A DNA stretch of 63,885 bases, counting the filler, from Guillardia theta CCMP2712 (taxonomy: Eukaryota; Protista; Cryptophyta): NCBI RefSeq assembly GCF_000315625.1. It is 6 parts of 6 records of this genome, joined end to end, with 100 filler letters (N's around TTAATTAATTAA, not from the genome) between each part and the next. Parts side by side here need not be neighbours in the genome. Positions count along the whole stretch, not along the records: positions 28,296 to 57,952 come from NW_005434417.1; 5 more parts are not named here. One strand, 5' to 3'. Both the position numbers and the translations under genes were made by a program. Below the pieces are notes generated by a model that was not told the origin of the DNA, did no database searches, and saw only the letters and a list, made by a program, of their open reading frames with translations. Below are positions 36,102 through 48,758 of this stretch, piece after piece (within the stretch, counting starts at the first letter, position 1; each line of letters begins with the position of its first letter).

Positions 36102-37043
36102 TCTTCTCTCTCAGTCTTCCATCATCTATTCACTTGTCTTCTCTCTCAGTCTTCTATCATCTCTTCTCTTCTCTCTCAGTCTTCTAGCATCTCTTCTCTT
36201 CTCTCTCAGTCTTCCATCATCTCTTCTCTTCTCTCTCAGTCTTCTATCATCTCTTCTCTTCTCTCTCAGTCTTCTATCATCTCTTCTCTTCTCTCTCAGT
36301 CTTCTATCATCTCTTCTCTTCTCTCTCAGTCTTCTATCATCTCTTCTCTTCTCGCTCAGTCTTCTATCATCTCTTCTCTTCTCGCTCAGTCTTCTATCAT
36401 CTCTTCTCTTCTCTCTCAGTCTTCTATCATCTCTTCTCTTCTCTCTCAGTCTTCTATCATCTCTTCTCTTCTCTCTCAGTCTTCTATCATCTCTTCTCTT
36501 CTCTCTCAGTCTTCTATCATCTCTTCTCTTCTCTCTCAGTCTTCTATCATCTCTTCTCTTCTCTCTCAGTCTTCTATCATCTCTTCTCTTCTCGCTCAGT
36601 CTTCTATCATCTCTTCTCTTCTCTCTCAGTCTTCTATCATCTCATCTCTTCTCTCTCAGTCTTCTATCATCTCTTCTCTTCTCTCTCAGTCTTCCATCAT
36701 CTCATCTCTTCTCTCTCAGTCTTCTATCATCTCATCTCTTCTCGCTCAGTCTTCTATCATCTCTTCTCTTCTCTCTCAGTCTTCTATCATCTCTTCTCTT
36801 CTCTCTCAGTCTTCTATCATCTCTTCTCTTCTCTCTCAGTCTTCCATCATCTCTTCTCTTCTCTCTCAGTCTTCCATCATCTCATCTCTTCTCTCTCAGT
36901 CTTCTATCATCTCTTCTCTTCTCTCTCAGTCTTCTATCATCTCATCTCTTCTCTCTCAGTCTTCTATCATCTCTTCTCTTCTCTCTCAGTCTTCTATCAT
37001 CTCATCTCTTCTCTCTCAGTCTTCTATCATCTCTTCTCTTCTT
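36102..37043. repeat. 30-bp minisatellite, about 31 copies
   Basis: Unit cttctatcatctcttctcttctctctcagt, with a few recurrent single-base variants. Confidence 0.97.
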
Positions 37044-37468
37044 TTCTCTGCTCTGCTCTGCTCGCCTCATTTGATCTCCACGCTCAACATTTTCATCCTC
37101 CAACCCACCCCCTACCCCTTCATTGGTTGAAATCATCAAAAGTACCCCACAAGAATCGTCCAAGTACCCCTACCTTTCTCCTAGCTACATCAAGACCACC
37201 CCCCTTTGCTCCCTGACCCTCCTGGCCTTTCTACGTGTACAGTGGTGCTGATAACTAAAACTCTACCTACTACCCCTACCCCTACTTTGATACCAATTCT
37301 ACCCCTTTGTTCCTCCATGGGTCTTGGCTCAATTACTACCCCCGACACAGACTAGGAATACCCCCACCCTCGTAGAGCTCAACCCCACCTGCTACCCCGT
37401 AGTACTCACTACCCCCTATTTGACCTTGTACTACCCCTGGTGTCATCTAAGATGCGCCTGATATCGCC

Positions 37469-37918
37469 ATGGGCGCGCGATCCTCCAAGACCGCCACTTG
37501 CTCACCTGCAGAGCAGCAGGGACCCCTCCCTCTTCCCGCTGATGGACCCCTCCCTCTTCCCGCTGATGGAACCCTCCCTCTTCCCGCTGATGGGCCCCTC
37601 CCTCTTCCCGCTGATGGACCCCTCCCTCTTCCCGCTGATGGAACCCTCACTGATGTCAAGCCTTCAAACTGCAGCCTTCCCATAGCCACATGCGTGAGAA
37701 GCGACGAGCAGCGGCACCCGAAGGCCAGATGCCTCCTCATGCCTTGGCATCTTTGCCGATGGCTGGAACAACTCGAGCAGCCAGATTCAAAGACCCTCCA
37801 GCAGGCGTGCCGTGAGTTCTTCAAGTTTCAGCTCCAATATGATGCAAGAGAGGAGGAACTGAATGACGAACTCGATAAATTCTCAATCACACCAACAAGC
37901 AATGACAGCGATGCATGA
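37469..37918 (+). CDS. Hypothetical protein with (GPLPLPAD)x5 repeat
   Basis: 149-codon open frame with a 24-bp repeat at 37520-37654 and a natural-looking C-terminal half. Start uncertain. Confidence 0.4.
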   Translation: MGARSSKTATCSPAEQQGPLPLPADGPLPLPADGTLPLPADGPLPLPADGPLPLPADGTLTDVKPSNCSLPIATCVRSDEQRHPKARCLLMPWHLCRWLEQLEQPDSKTLQQACREFFKFQLQYDAREEELNDELDKFSITPTSNDSDA

Positions 37919-37989
37919 ACACCGGCTCTCTCTTTCAACCCTTCCTTTAATGTACATCATCAACTCCATCCTTCCTTCCGGATATTTAC

Positions 37990-39270
37990 ACAGCTGATCT
38001 AACGAGCCCTTTGGTCGAACTCGTTTCGATGCAGGAAGTGCTGCCGCGAAGTTCTGAGCACGTGGTAGTTGTGCCTGGGGAACGCGTATCTACGCTGTTG
38101 CCAATCACCCTCGGGTCTGAATGCATGCAGTCTCGACGTGTCAGATCCACCTTCCTCCATATTCATGTGCGAGGAAGGGGCATCAGGTGTAGGAAGCGAC
38201 GAAGGAGATTGCTGCTGTTCGGGCCCTTGACGGTGATGCATCTTGTACAGCAGGGGCAAACTTGCGAAATGGAGTCAGAGCGGCTAGCAACACAGCTCAG
38301 TTTCACCTCTTTATCCAAGCTTCCATCTGATCGAGAACTTCCGGCCGTGGGAATTCAAACTTGCACGTGGACTGGAAGGTTTCTTGTGCCGCATGCACAT
38401 ATGCCACCGCATTCGCCATGGACAGTGCCAACCACAGTCTCATCTTGCTGATGGCCAGGGTGCAGCACACTTGCGCCTCTTCAAAAGAATTTCTGCAAGG
38501 AGAATTCAGACAAACATCCACTGTAAAAAGCTATCACTGACAGTTTGAACTTCTTGAAGCACTTGGAACCATCTGCCGACTGCTACACGATTATCATGAT
38601 GTTGATTTTTTATCGCATCACCTTGATAAAGCTTGGAATGAGGGTTTCCCGTCTGGACCGCTTTGCTTGCCAGTCTACTCACAGAGTGAGATGGTGACAA
38701 TTAACATCCTGTCCAAGTCTCACCATCCCACGCGACCTCGCGGTGTACGTGCTCGAGGTCCAGGGCATGCGCACGGAGAGCGAAGCTGAAGACGACAACA
38801 AACCCGATGAGTGTCAACACCTTTGCCCCGCGATTCATTGCATCAATGCACAATGGGCGATCGGCTTCCTGTCCTGAAACTCACTCTACGACTGCGCAAA
38901 GCAGCTGTGTGCTGTATCGTGTCACGATCCCAAGCGTCGAAAGTGAATAGAGTATTTCAAAAAGCTTTTGAACGCATCATGCAAGGAGATATCCGAGGCC
39001 AAATATCCTATCAAAGCTGTCAGGATCCTCACGAAGCACCGACGGTGCAATATCAATATATCTCCTCCTATCTCCTATCTCCTCTCTCCTATCTCAAGTG
39101 TCAAATGGATTTGCCACATGGTTGCAGCTCATCCGATCAGAATTTCCGTCTCGTGAAGCCACTCACTCACTTCATGCATCACAAGACAGGTTATAGTCGT
39201 GTGCAGTTGCTAAAACTCAAGAGCTCCTTGCATTCCTGCACGAGGTTTTGTGCTAAGTTCACCTCTCGTT
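37990..39270 (-). CDS. Possible hypothetical multi-exon gene with Cys-rich segments
   Basis: Short coding-like blocks (GGICACG, QVCPCCTRC) between GT/AG sites. No family recognised. Confidence 0.25.
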
Positions 39271-39396
39271 AACCCTCCCTCATTCCTTGTTTGCGTCCTT
39301 CCCTTTGCTTTCAGTCCTCTCAGTACTTTCAATTCTTTCTAGAGGGAGATTTCATGAGACACTGAGGATGGGGCGTGAAGTCAAGCAAACAAAAAA

Positions 39397-39484
39397 CATC
39401 TAAACATACCAGTGGCATCTAAATATACCAGCGGCATCTAAACATACCAGCGGCATCTAAACATACCAGCGGCATCTAAACATA
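39397..39484. repeat. 20-bp tandem repeat, about 4 copies
   Basis: catctaaacataccagcgg-type unit. Confidence 0.9.
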
Positions 39485-39869
39485 TTAGACCCTTTTCGTT
39501 TCTACTCTCCTCCGCTACTTCTCTCTGCTCCTCTTCTCCTCTTCCTCCTTTCTTCTTCTCTCTTGCTCTTGGCTTATGTCAGCATGGCCGGTGGGACACA
39601 GTGACAGGATGGATGTCAGAGGACAAGGGGGGTGGGGGTGGTAAGGTATGGGTCAGGTACCGGTCCGAAAAACCACTGTTTTGGAGGTACCAGCAGGAAC
39701 CCAAGGATACCAGGACCCCACCTGTAGAACCTTCGTGGGGCTAAGGGGGTCAGGGTCGGAAGAGGAAAGGGTGGGGTATTTTCAAGGTAAAAGGAGGGGT
39801 GGGGTTGATCAAACATGACGGGTGGTGGCAAGGTGCATCAGGAGGGGTGATCACGTCGCACATAGAGTA

Positions 39870-40540
39870 ATGGCGGACGAGGTAAGCGACGAAGAAGGAA
39901 GAGGAAGGCATGGCGTGGGGGGAGGTGATCAGAAGAGCATGACATCTCAAGGAGATGCCAAAAGTAAACCAGAAGATGTTTGGGAGCAGGAGAACGTGCG
40001 TAAGATATGACTGCGTAGGAGAACTCAACAGGGATCGAGAACAGAAAGGTTTATGAGGAAGTGGTTGGGAGCACTGATCTAGCTCATGTTGAGAACCATC
40101 AGTCAATGTTGTGTCTATCTTTGCATCAATCGAACATTATGATGTCTTTGAAGCATCAAAATGTGTAAACTCTCTCCCCATAGAATTGGGAACAGGGTTC
40201 TCGAATGTAGAGACCACAATCTTCTACAAAAAGTGGTACGAGTAGAAGGGATAGGAATGCTTAGTTGTAATCACTGCATGGTACTTCTTGATAGAATCAA
40301 GAATTTCCGACTTTTTCATTTTCTGCCATCTTATAGGGAGTGGAAGACATATATACTGATGAGTGTGACATGTGGCAGCGTTGGTGGCGTCGAAGAGAAG
40401 GAGAGGAGAGGAAGAAGTGGAGGAGGAGGATGAAGCACATCACATCCCAGTAGACGCAGGAGGTCTCAAGTCTGCTCGCCTCCGGTTGTCACATCGTTAT
40501 CATCGATTCGCCCGCGGGGCGCCCAACAGCGGGTGAGAGC
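39870..40540 (+). CDS. Hypothetical small multi-exon gene
   Basis: ATGGCGGACGAG followed by GTAAGC..CAG, then KSMTSQGDAKSKPEDVWEQEN and further micro-exons. End uncertain. Confidence 0.35.
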
Positions 40541-40899
40541 CTGCCTCAGATATCACTTACATCACCGACCAAAGAGTCAGAAGAAGAACAACCACACAAA
40601 CAACTACAAGTACATTATCACCACCACCACCACCAACTACTACTAATACTACTACTACTACTACAACTACAACCAGAGACAGAACATGAAATTTGGTTTG
40701 TGAAGCATGGGGAAAGTAACACGCGGAGCGAGAACTCAGAAGCAGCAAGGAGACTGAAGGAGACTGATGGGATGTACGTGACGTGTAGCCCATGGTAACA
40801 CGTATGCTTTCCTGTCTTTCCTCCTCTTCCTCCTCCTCTTTCCTTGAACTACAGCACTGTATATCCATGTTGAATGTTTAATACAACAAGGCCTCAAGT

Positions 40900-41757
40900 T
40901 CATCCCACTGTCGACTTGGGCTGATGAGATGAGCTGATGGGATGAGTGGAGCGAGCACTTCCCTCTCCCTTGAGCAGCCTGAGCTTCTTACTCGCGTGCT
41001 GAGCATGCAGGTCGTCGACGAGCGCGTGGCTCACGCTCTTGGTGGTGTCTTGGCGAGCTTCTAGGTCATCCATGGAGGAAGGGAAAACCTTGCTGTTGAT
41101 GGCATCGAGATGCTTCTCGTACTGACGTGCTTGCTCGTGAGCTCTCAGCCGCTCGAGTTTTGTCTTCTGCAGGTCAGCTTTCTCGTTGTCCTTGTCCTCC
41201 AGGTGCCTCATCTTCTCCTTCTCCCGAATCAACGCTTCCTTTGCCTTGGCGAAGTCTTCGCTGAACGATCGGCCCGAGTCCCGTCTGGCAGAGCCTTTAG
41301 CTTTCTCGTTTGAAGACGCATGCGTATGGCTTGAGCTCTTCGCTTCCTGCTCTCGGTGCGCTGCATGCTTGGCTTGCATCACTTTGGCAAGATGCTTCTT
41401 GCGAGGCGAGGTAAGCTGTACCGCCTGGTTCTCCATACTGTCATAGAAATCATTGTCAAGCCTTCGCTCCTGCTTGGCCGAGATCCCATGCTTGTGCTTT
41501 TCGGCCACCTGATGATGTTGGGGCGCAGCGTGGGCATCCGCAGCTTTGTGCTTGTGCGAACGAGCACTGACATGCTTGGCTTGGTCGCGAGCGAAGATGG
41601 AGTCGAAGAAGGAGTTCTCCAGGGCGAGCTGCTGCCCCTCCGTCTCCAGCTCTACCCCACCTCTAACGCTCACTGTTCTCCATCCGAGGAGACTCACAAG
41701 CGCTGCCCCCGCGAGCGCCGCCATGAGCATGGCTCCCTTGCTGACCCTCGCTGCCAT
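40900..41757 (-). CDS. Hypothetical signal-anchor/secreted His/Lys-rich protein
   Basis: MAARVSKGAMLMAALAGAALVSLLGW hydrophobic leader, then a charged helical region. The ORF-track extension to 42171 is spurious. Confidence 0.65.
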   Translation of the reverse strand: MAARVSKGAMLMAALAGAALVSLLGWRTVSVRGGVELETEGQQLALENSFFDSIFARDQAKHVSARSHKHKAADAHAAPQHHQVAEKHKHGISAKQERRLDNDFYDSMENQAVQLTSPRKKHLAKVMQAKHAAHREQEAKSSSHTHASSNEKAKGSARRDSGRSFSEDFAKAKEALIREKEKMRHLEDKDNEKADLQKTKLERLRAHEQARQYEKHLDAINSKVFPSSMDDLEARQDTTKSVSHALVDDLHAQHASKKLRLLKGEGSARSTHPISSSHQPKSTVG

Positions 41758-42005
41758 GCCGAAGAGCCGCTTGTAAAACAACGAGAAAAACAATAATAAA
41801 CAAAAAGGTTTACTCAAAGTTAAGTTAAAAATCAGTACGAGGACAATGCGAGAAGAGAAAGACAGCGAGAACCAACCTAATGCTGCCAACTGCTGTCCTC
41901 CAAAGAAAAAGGTCTTCACAGGAGGGGGTAGGGTTGTACTGCAGTATATGCCACCGGTACCCTGATTGATTAATTCGGGTGAGATGGTGGAAGGTTTTAG
42001 GTTCT

Positions 42006-42075
42006 GATGTAGATGTAGATGTAGATGTAGATGTAGATGTAGATGTAGATGTAGATGTAGATGTAGATGTAGATG
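42006..42075. repeat. (GATGTA)n hexamer microsatellite
   Basis: Direct reading; lies between divergent genes. Confidence 0.95.
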
Positions 42076-42133
42076 AAAGAGGAACATCATCAGCAGTAGG
42101 GCATAGCTCATCTCCACCAACTCATTTGCTGCC

Positions 42134-45100
42134 ATGTCCTCCTGGCCGCTCGTGTTGTGTTGTTTCTGCATTTCTCTCGCTCGCTGTCATCTGGTTCAGA
42201 TTGTGCAGCCAGAGTCCTTCGCGTCAGTGCACAGGCCCTTCGAGCTGGTCATCGATGTGAGGAGAGCGCGAGAAGCACTGGGGGGCTGGCCTGTGTCAGC
42301 CGAGATAAGCTTCTTCAAGGGGGAGACCACAAGCTGCGACGAGGAGGTGGTGTACGCAAGTTTGACCCTCGAATGGGCTGACACAAATCGACGAACTGAA
42401 CGAGTTGGGGAGGAATGGGAGGAAGGAACCTACCTTCTCTGCCTTTCGCTCCTTCGCAGTTCATTTGTCATCGAGCAAGCGACGAGGATGTTCTACCTCG
42501 AGGACGAGCTCCGGCTCAGCGCTTCTTTCATGCCCAAAGTTCCTCCGCCACTTGTCGTCCACTTGAGTCAACTTGAGCCAGAAGGATCTGTCCAGCTGCG
42601 CTTGAAGCTTAGTCCCGCCGTCAGGAAGAGGATGAAGGAGGAGAAGTATCGTGTTGAGGTGAGGGTGGATGGCGTCGCGATGTTGGAGCTTGAGGAGCAG
42701 CACTTGTTCTGGTCCTCCTCTCGCGCCATTTCCTGGCGTCGCTTCCAACAAGCTCTCTCAGCCCGGGCAGATGGCGATGCCTCCTACCAGCTACTGCCGC
42801 ACGCATGCTGCTGCTGCCTCGGCAAAGACGTGAAGCAGCTTCGGGTTGCCTTCGCCTCAACCACAAACGAGCTGGAGAGCAACGGGTGGAAGGAGGAGGG
42901 GGAGGAGAGGGAGGAGGGCAAAAAGGTTCTTGCATCTTGTTACCCCAACCTCACTGTCGAAAATGTTGTCGATTGGTATCGATCTGACGCCTCAGCTCTC
43001 TTCCTCGGCGACGCCTTTGGTGTCCCTTCCTCGCATTCTTCCCATCTTGATCTGCTTCGCTCGTGGATCGCTCAGGTGCCTCCCTGGATATCGCTCGACG
43101 TTGGAACCTTCTTCGCGTCCTCCATGTCCAGCCCCTCGCTCTGCCTCTCCTTCCTCGGCTCCCTGCCTGATGCCCCGGCCATGGACGGCAGGACGCGACG
43201 AGCGCAGCTGCTGTGGGGGTACGAGGGGGAAGTGATGCTGGAGAGCGTGAGGAGGATCGAGTCCCAGGCAGGAGTGAGGGTGTCGTCCGTCTACCTCGTG
43301 TCGGACTTCTCCCGCAGAGACGAGGCTCTTTCCCTCGCGGTCGCGCTGCAGCCAGTCGCTTACCAGGGGCTGCTGCGGGGAGGGCGACGAGAGGAAGAGC
43401 ATGTGGGTGTGCGGGAGCTGCTGTGGACGCGAGACCTGGAGGTCTGTTCGCTTACCGACTTCTTCCTCAGCAACGACGTGAGCGGGATCGGAGAATGCTC
43501 TCCCTGGACTGCAGAGGTAAGAGCACGACGGAAGCTGAAGCGACGGGGAATGCGAGAAGGAGGAGGAAGAGAGCGGGAAGCGACTGGCGGAGAGAGAAGA
43601 GTAGAAAGGAAGGAGGGGGAGGGGGAGGAAGAGGAAAGCTTGTCGGCAAGTTCTCGTTCGTATGACCTTTACGGGAAGCTGGTGGAGTACGACCAAGAGG
43701 AGTGCATGAAAGAATCAATGACATCACACGCACAAGGCAAAAGAAAGGAGAAGAGGAAGAGGAAGCGAGAGGAGCGAGAGAAGAAGGAAGAGGAAAGAAA
43801 GCGAGTGGCGGGTCTGGAGGGAGAGGAAAGGAGGAGAGGAGAGGAGAGGAGAGGAGAGGCAATCAGAGGTCCTCAGCAACCTCCTGTCCCCGTCGAGCTT
43901 GATGTGCAAGCTTGGTGGAGAGCTGCAAGGCGACCAAGAGAGTTTCCAGGCGATCTTTTTCTCCCCAACGCCTCCTTGTGCGACGACCCCTTCCTCTTCG
44001 GCGATGGCCCCTGCACCGATGGCGCGAAGGTCTTATGCCGAAGTCTGCTCGAGGACAGCAGGTGGAGGAGGACGTGGAATGAAGAACCTGAAGGTGCACA
44101 GGAGGGAGCAGACGCAGGAGGAGCAGGAGGAGCAGGAGGAGCAGGAGGAGGGTCGGAGAGGTGTATCGTGTACTCATTCGGGGTTGGTTTCGACGTGAAG
44201 TTCGAGGAGGCTGTCTTGGCACGGACCGACTGCCTTGTCTTCTCTTTCGATCCGACCCCAGCTGTGGTTGAGCTGATGCAATCTCAAGCTCGGGAGGAGC
44301 GGTGGCAGTTCTACCCCTGGGGGATCGCGTCGTCCAGCAGAGTCGGGGAGCTGGTGATGAGCGACGCGTCGCTGCTGGAGGTGGAAGGGAGGCAGGCGAT
44401 GCCAGCTGACGTGTTTCAAGTTCGCTTCTTCTCCCTGCCGCACATCATGCGCGAGCTCGGGCACGAGAGGGTCGACGTTGTCAAGCTGGACGTGGAGGGG
44501 ATGGAAGTGGAAGTGCTGGAAGGGCTGGAGGAGGAGACGCTCAGGAGCATCGGCCAGCTGGTGGTCGAGCTGCATGTTAAGGAGCTTCTGCCGATCCTCC
44601 ACCTCCAGGACGTGGTCGAGCTGGAGGCTGAGCGGGGAGGAGGGCGGTGGATCCAGCTGAAGCAGAAGCTCGCAGCTTCAGGCTTCCTCCTGTTCCACGT
44701 GGCTCCTCAAACCTACTTCTCCCAGGGCCTCTGCTTCTCCTCCTCCAACGCCGGCGCCATCCTCGAGCTCTCCTTCCTCAACTCCCTCGCCCTTCACCTC
44801 CCAGTGCTGTCAGAGCCCCCCAATCCCCCCGACGTGCTCCCAGCTGACGTCGCTCCGCATGCTGTCAGGAGGCGAGAGGATGAAAGAGTGTTCGATAACG
44901 GAGAGGAGGAGGAGGAGGAGGAGAAGTTTCTCTTCACTTCTCTTCACTTGCCTACTCGCGCTGCTCTCAACTCGCTCCCTCAGCTCGTGCGGTCGTTGTG
45001 GGTGAGGACAAGCTTGCGTGCCTGACTTACTCCCTGACCCTCTGCCGCAGCTGGGTCAGGTGCTCAGGAGGAGTGTGGTCTTACCCGCAGATGGCAGCAT

Positions 45101-45428
45101 GGACAACCTGCTGCAGGCAGGTGACAAGCATCAGGTAGACCCCTTTCCTTCCTCCTCCGCCAGCTCCTCTCATTTCAGTTCAGGTCGCCGCATTCATCGA
45201 GGACGTCAAGCTAACTCGAGGGCAGCATCGGGTAGAGGTACAGCTCCAGCCTCTGCCCCTGAACCTGCTCCTGCTGCCCCTGCTTCCCCTACCCCTGCTG
45301 CTGCTGCCCCTGCTCCTGCTGCCCCTGCTGCTCCTCTTTCTGCTTCACGTCAGTATGCTGATGTCTGGCAGGTTCTTCTCCTCTTCTCCTCCCGCTCCTT
45401 CAACGCATCCGATACACTTGTCGTCTAG
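42134..45428 (+). CDS. Secreted METTL24/Methyltransf_22-like methyltransferase with a degenerate O-fucosyltransferase-like middle region
   Basis: Signal peptide, then DGAKVLC, CIVYSFGVGFDVKFE, VFSFDPT, LGHERVDVVKLDVEGME and QLVVELH. Main ORF 42134-45025, with probable extra exons after it. Confidence 0.8.
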
Positions 45429-45628
45429 ACCCTCTGCCTGCAGCTGTACGCCTGCTCTTCGTCTCTCAGGCGGAAGCATAGGCATGGAGCAAAGGAGAGG
45501 AAAGGACAAGAAGGGGAGGAGAGAGACTATAGTTTACAAGATACCAGAAATCTTCCTTCTCCTCCTCTTCCCCTTCGTCCTCGACCACTGCCTCGCCTCC
45601 CCCTCGTTTGTTTGCTTTCTCATTCTCC

Positions 45629-48469
45629 TCACTCTCTGAAGTATCTACTCACCACCGGCTGAGCCTGCTGCCTCATCCCCAGCACTAGTCGTGAATTGAG
45701 TCGCTCCAGCAGGCCTCCAACGATCTGCAGCGCGAACTGTCGCATACCCGGAGCGATCTGAGGGAGGAGAGAAGCGATCTCCGAGGGGTCTAACCCAGAA
45801 CTCGCTAGCCCCTCCAGCAGCGACCCTCCTCCTCCTCCTCCTCCTCTCGGAGCCCCGAGAAACGTGAGAAGCTTGTCTGCGTTGGAGATGAGCTTCTCAT
45901 CTTGCTCGCTGAGAGGAGGGAGGAGCGAGCGGAATATCGGAGGAGGAGGCGGAAGGAGAGGGTTGCGGTCTAGGGAGAGTCGCTGCAGCAGCTGGAGGGC
46001 GGCGCCTCGGGACATGGCGTCAACTGAGTTGACAGTCTCGTCGAGGATGAACTGACGGAGAAAAGAGCCGCTGTCACTGAAGAAGAACACCAGCGCCTCC
46101 TGCACTCCCGACTTCTTCCCTTTCCTCCCTCCTCCACTGCTCCCCTCCTGCTGGGCCGGCGGCAACATGCTCGCGCTCCTCCGCCTCACACGCGATCGAG
46201 CGCCAGCGACTGGGGTGAGAGCAGGGGAGCGAAGCAGCAGCGGTGGTTCTCCTCCCCTCTCTCCCTCCTCCTTCCTCCCTGCGGTACCCGAGTCGCGCAC
46301 GTCGACGAAGGTCTGGAAGGCCTGGAGGAGCTCGATGAGGCGGTCGACGTCGAAGCTCGAGCCCTTGCCATACACCATGTACCGCAGGGCACTGCGGAGG
46401 CGAGGAGCGTCGTCGGTGAGGAGGCGCTTGGAGAGGTAGGGGAAGGCCTCGTCGATGAGCGCAAACTGCGGGTTGCCGACGAGCGCGATGCCCTCGAGGA
46501 CGCCGATGGCGCGGATGACGAGGGCGAAGTAGGGAGGGATCTTGAAGGGAAACTTGAAGGTGATCTGCGCCAGGTCCCCCGCCAGCTCGTTGAAGTTGAT
46601 GCCTCGCGCCCCTCCCCCGCAAGGGCCTGGTCGAAGACGTTCTTGAGGGCCGGGAGAAGGTCCTTCTTGAGCTCCTCCACGTCAGTCTCGGGGGGGATAA
46701 AGTCGAGGGACACGAAGTCTTGAATGATCTCCTCATAGTCGCGATTCAGTAAATGAGCGATCGCCTCGATCATCCCATACTTCTGATCGTCCGTTACCTG
46801 TCACCTCCTCCTCAGTATCCTCTTCCTCCCTCCCTCCCCCTTCCCTGCTCTTCACCGACCTGCGTCATCAGCCCGAAGTCGAGGATCGCCAGCTTCCCCT
46901 CGGGTGTCCTCAGCATGTTCCCAGGGTGTGGGTCCGCGTGGAAGAAGCCGCTTTCGAGCAGCTGGAGCAGCGTCAACGTCAGAGGCACCAGCAGACGAGG
47001 GGCGAGGGGAGAGGGGAAGGGGGGAGGGACCTGCGTGAGGTAGGCGATCATGCCAACAGCCACCAGCTCCTCCACGTCGTCAGACTCGCTCTGGCTGAGC
47101 TTCACGCCTTCAATCCACTCGGCCACGTGGACTCGACGGGTCGTGAACTCCGGGTAGACGCGGGGAACGACAACCTGCGAGATATTCTGCATGATCTCTT
47201 GGAAGTACTCCCCGTTCTTGCACTCCAGCACGTAGTCCAGCTCCCCGTAAAACCTGCAACACTCTCAGCTCTCCTCCTCCAGTTCCTCTTCCCCTCCCCC
47301 TCCCCCCCGGTGGTGCTTTACCTCGGTGCGAACTCATCGAGGAGCGCGAGGAAGTCGGTTCTGCCGAGCTTGAGGCTGTCAGCGAGCTGCGCGGCTTCAC
47401 GCATGAGGTAGAGGTCGAGCGACACTGTCTCCAGCACAAACGGTCTCTGCACCTTCACCGCCACCGTCGCGCCATCCTTCCTCAACACGCCGCGGTAGAC
47501 CTGCCCAAGGGAGGCGGCGGCGATAGGCTGCGGGGAGAGCTCGGAGAAGACGTCGGTGACCCTCACCCCCAGCTCGCTCTCCATTGTCCTCATCGCCAAG
47601 TCGTTGTCAAACGCGGGGACCTTGTCGCAGAGACGCTGCAGCTCGTACATGGCTTGAGGGGAAAGGATGTCAGGCCTGATCGCCAGCGCCTGTCCCAACT
47701 TGATGAAGAAAGGCCCGAGGGAAGTCAGGATCTCTCGTAGCTTCCTCGTCCTTATCACGTCGTTCTTCTCGATGTTGCCCGTGATGGCGTCGAGGACCAG
47801 AGGCAAGAAGAAGCCCGACGCTGCTGTCATCACCTGCACCAGACGTGCCAACACGATGCCGGGTCGCTTGCGGTAGTAGTCCTGCCAAGACGTCAGCAGC
47901 ATCACTAGCATACACGTCAGCAGCATCACTAGCATACACGTCAGCAGCATCACTAGCATACACGTCAGCAGCATCACTAGCATACACGTCAGCAGCATCA
48001 CTAGCATACACGTCAGCAGCATCACTAGCATACACGTCAGCAGCATCACTAGCATAGGCGTGACCTTGAGGAGGTCAGGCTCGTAGGTCAGCGGCAGTTC
48101 GTTGCCGCTGTCGAACTGGACGACCTGAATGGTCTGACCCTCTTGCGCGAAGTCATCCTGGTTCAGCGACGTTCCTCGCATGCCCTCCATCAGGATTCTC
48201 ACGCGCTCGTCCTGCTCCATCTGCTTCCTCGCGTCTGCCGCCTGCATCTCAAGTCAGCCCTTCCTCTTCCTCCTCCTCGTCAGATGATCCACCGCATTCG
48301 ACAAGGACCGCACTGACGTCCGGGGGGGAGACTGAACCATGAGAAGGGAGCTTCTTGCCGCCCTCGACCTCTGCGAGGGGAGGGAGGGGCGCCATCCGAA
48401 AGAGCCAGAGAAGGAGAAGACGAGCTCCAGTGGAAGAGCCAAGGAGATAAGCTTCAGCGCTGCACGCAT
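45629..48469 (-). CDS. ABC1/UbiB atypical kinase with a bipartite plastid-targeting leader (multi-exon)
   Basis: LGPFFIKLGQALAIRPD, PIAAASLGQVY, VAVKVQRP, FFHADPHPGN, LDFGLM and PFKIPPYFALVIRA. The N-terminus is a signal peptide followed by F and an S/R-rich transit-like peptide. Confidence 0.93.
47890..48056. repeat. 24-bp tandem repeat x7 within an ABC1 kinase intron (47882-48064)
   Basis: Unit acgtcagcagcatcactagcatac. Confidence 0.95.
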
Positions 48470-48758
48470 GTTCGCTGTTCAAAAGGTTCCCTTAAACCTC
48501 ACGCATACAAGTGCTGCAACCAAATCAGTTCATTCAGTCTAGTCGTCCAAGCTCCCCTCGCTCCTCTTCCCTGCTCCTGTTTTTGTACAACTTCTACATC
48601 TTCGTTCCCTCACCTTAATTGTTTAAAACCTCTACATCTTCGTTCCCTCACCTTAATTGTTGAAAACCTCTACACTTTGAGACATGCATGCTTCGTTGCA
48701 TCTTGGCTTTGTCTATTACTACGCAAGCCCTTCTCATTCTATCTCAACCGTAAATTTG

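Noticed and set aside
41758-42171. N-terminal (HL)n extension of the 423-aa ORF
   Set aside because: It arises from the (GATGTA)n microsatellite and overlaps the opposite gene's start. The likely start is 41757.
46600-46630. Frameshift in the ABC1 kinase (programmed or pseudogenising)
   Set aside because: It falls in G/C homopolymer runs within a conserved ALAGGGARGINF stretch, so sequencing error is more likely.
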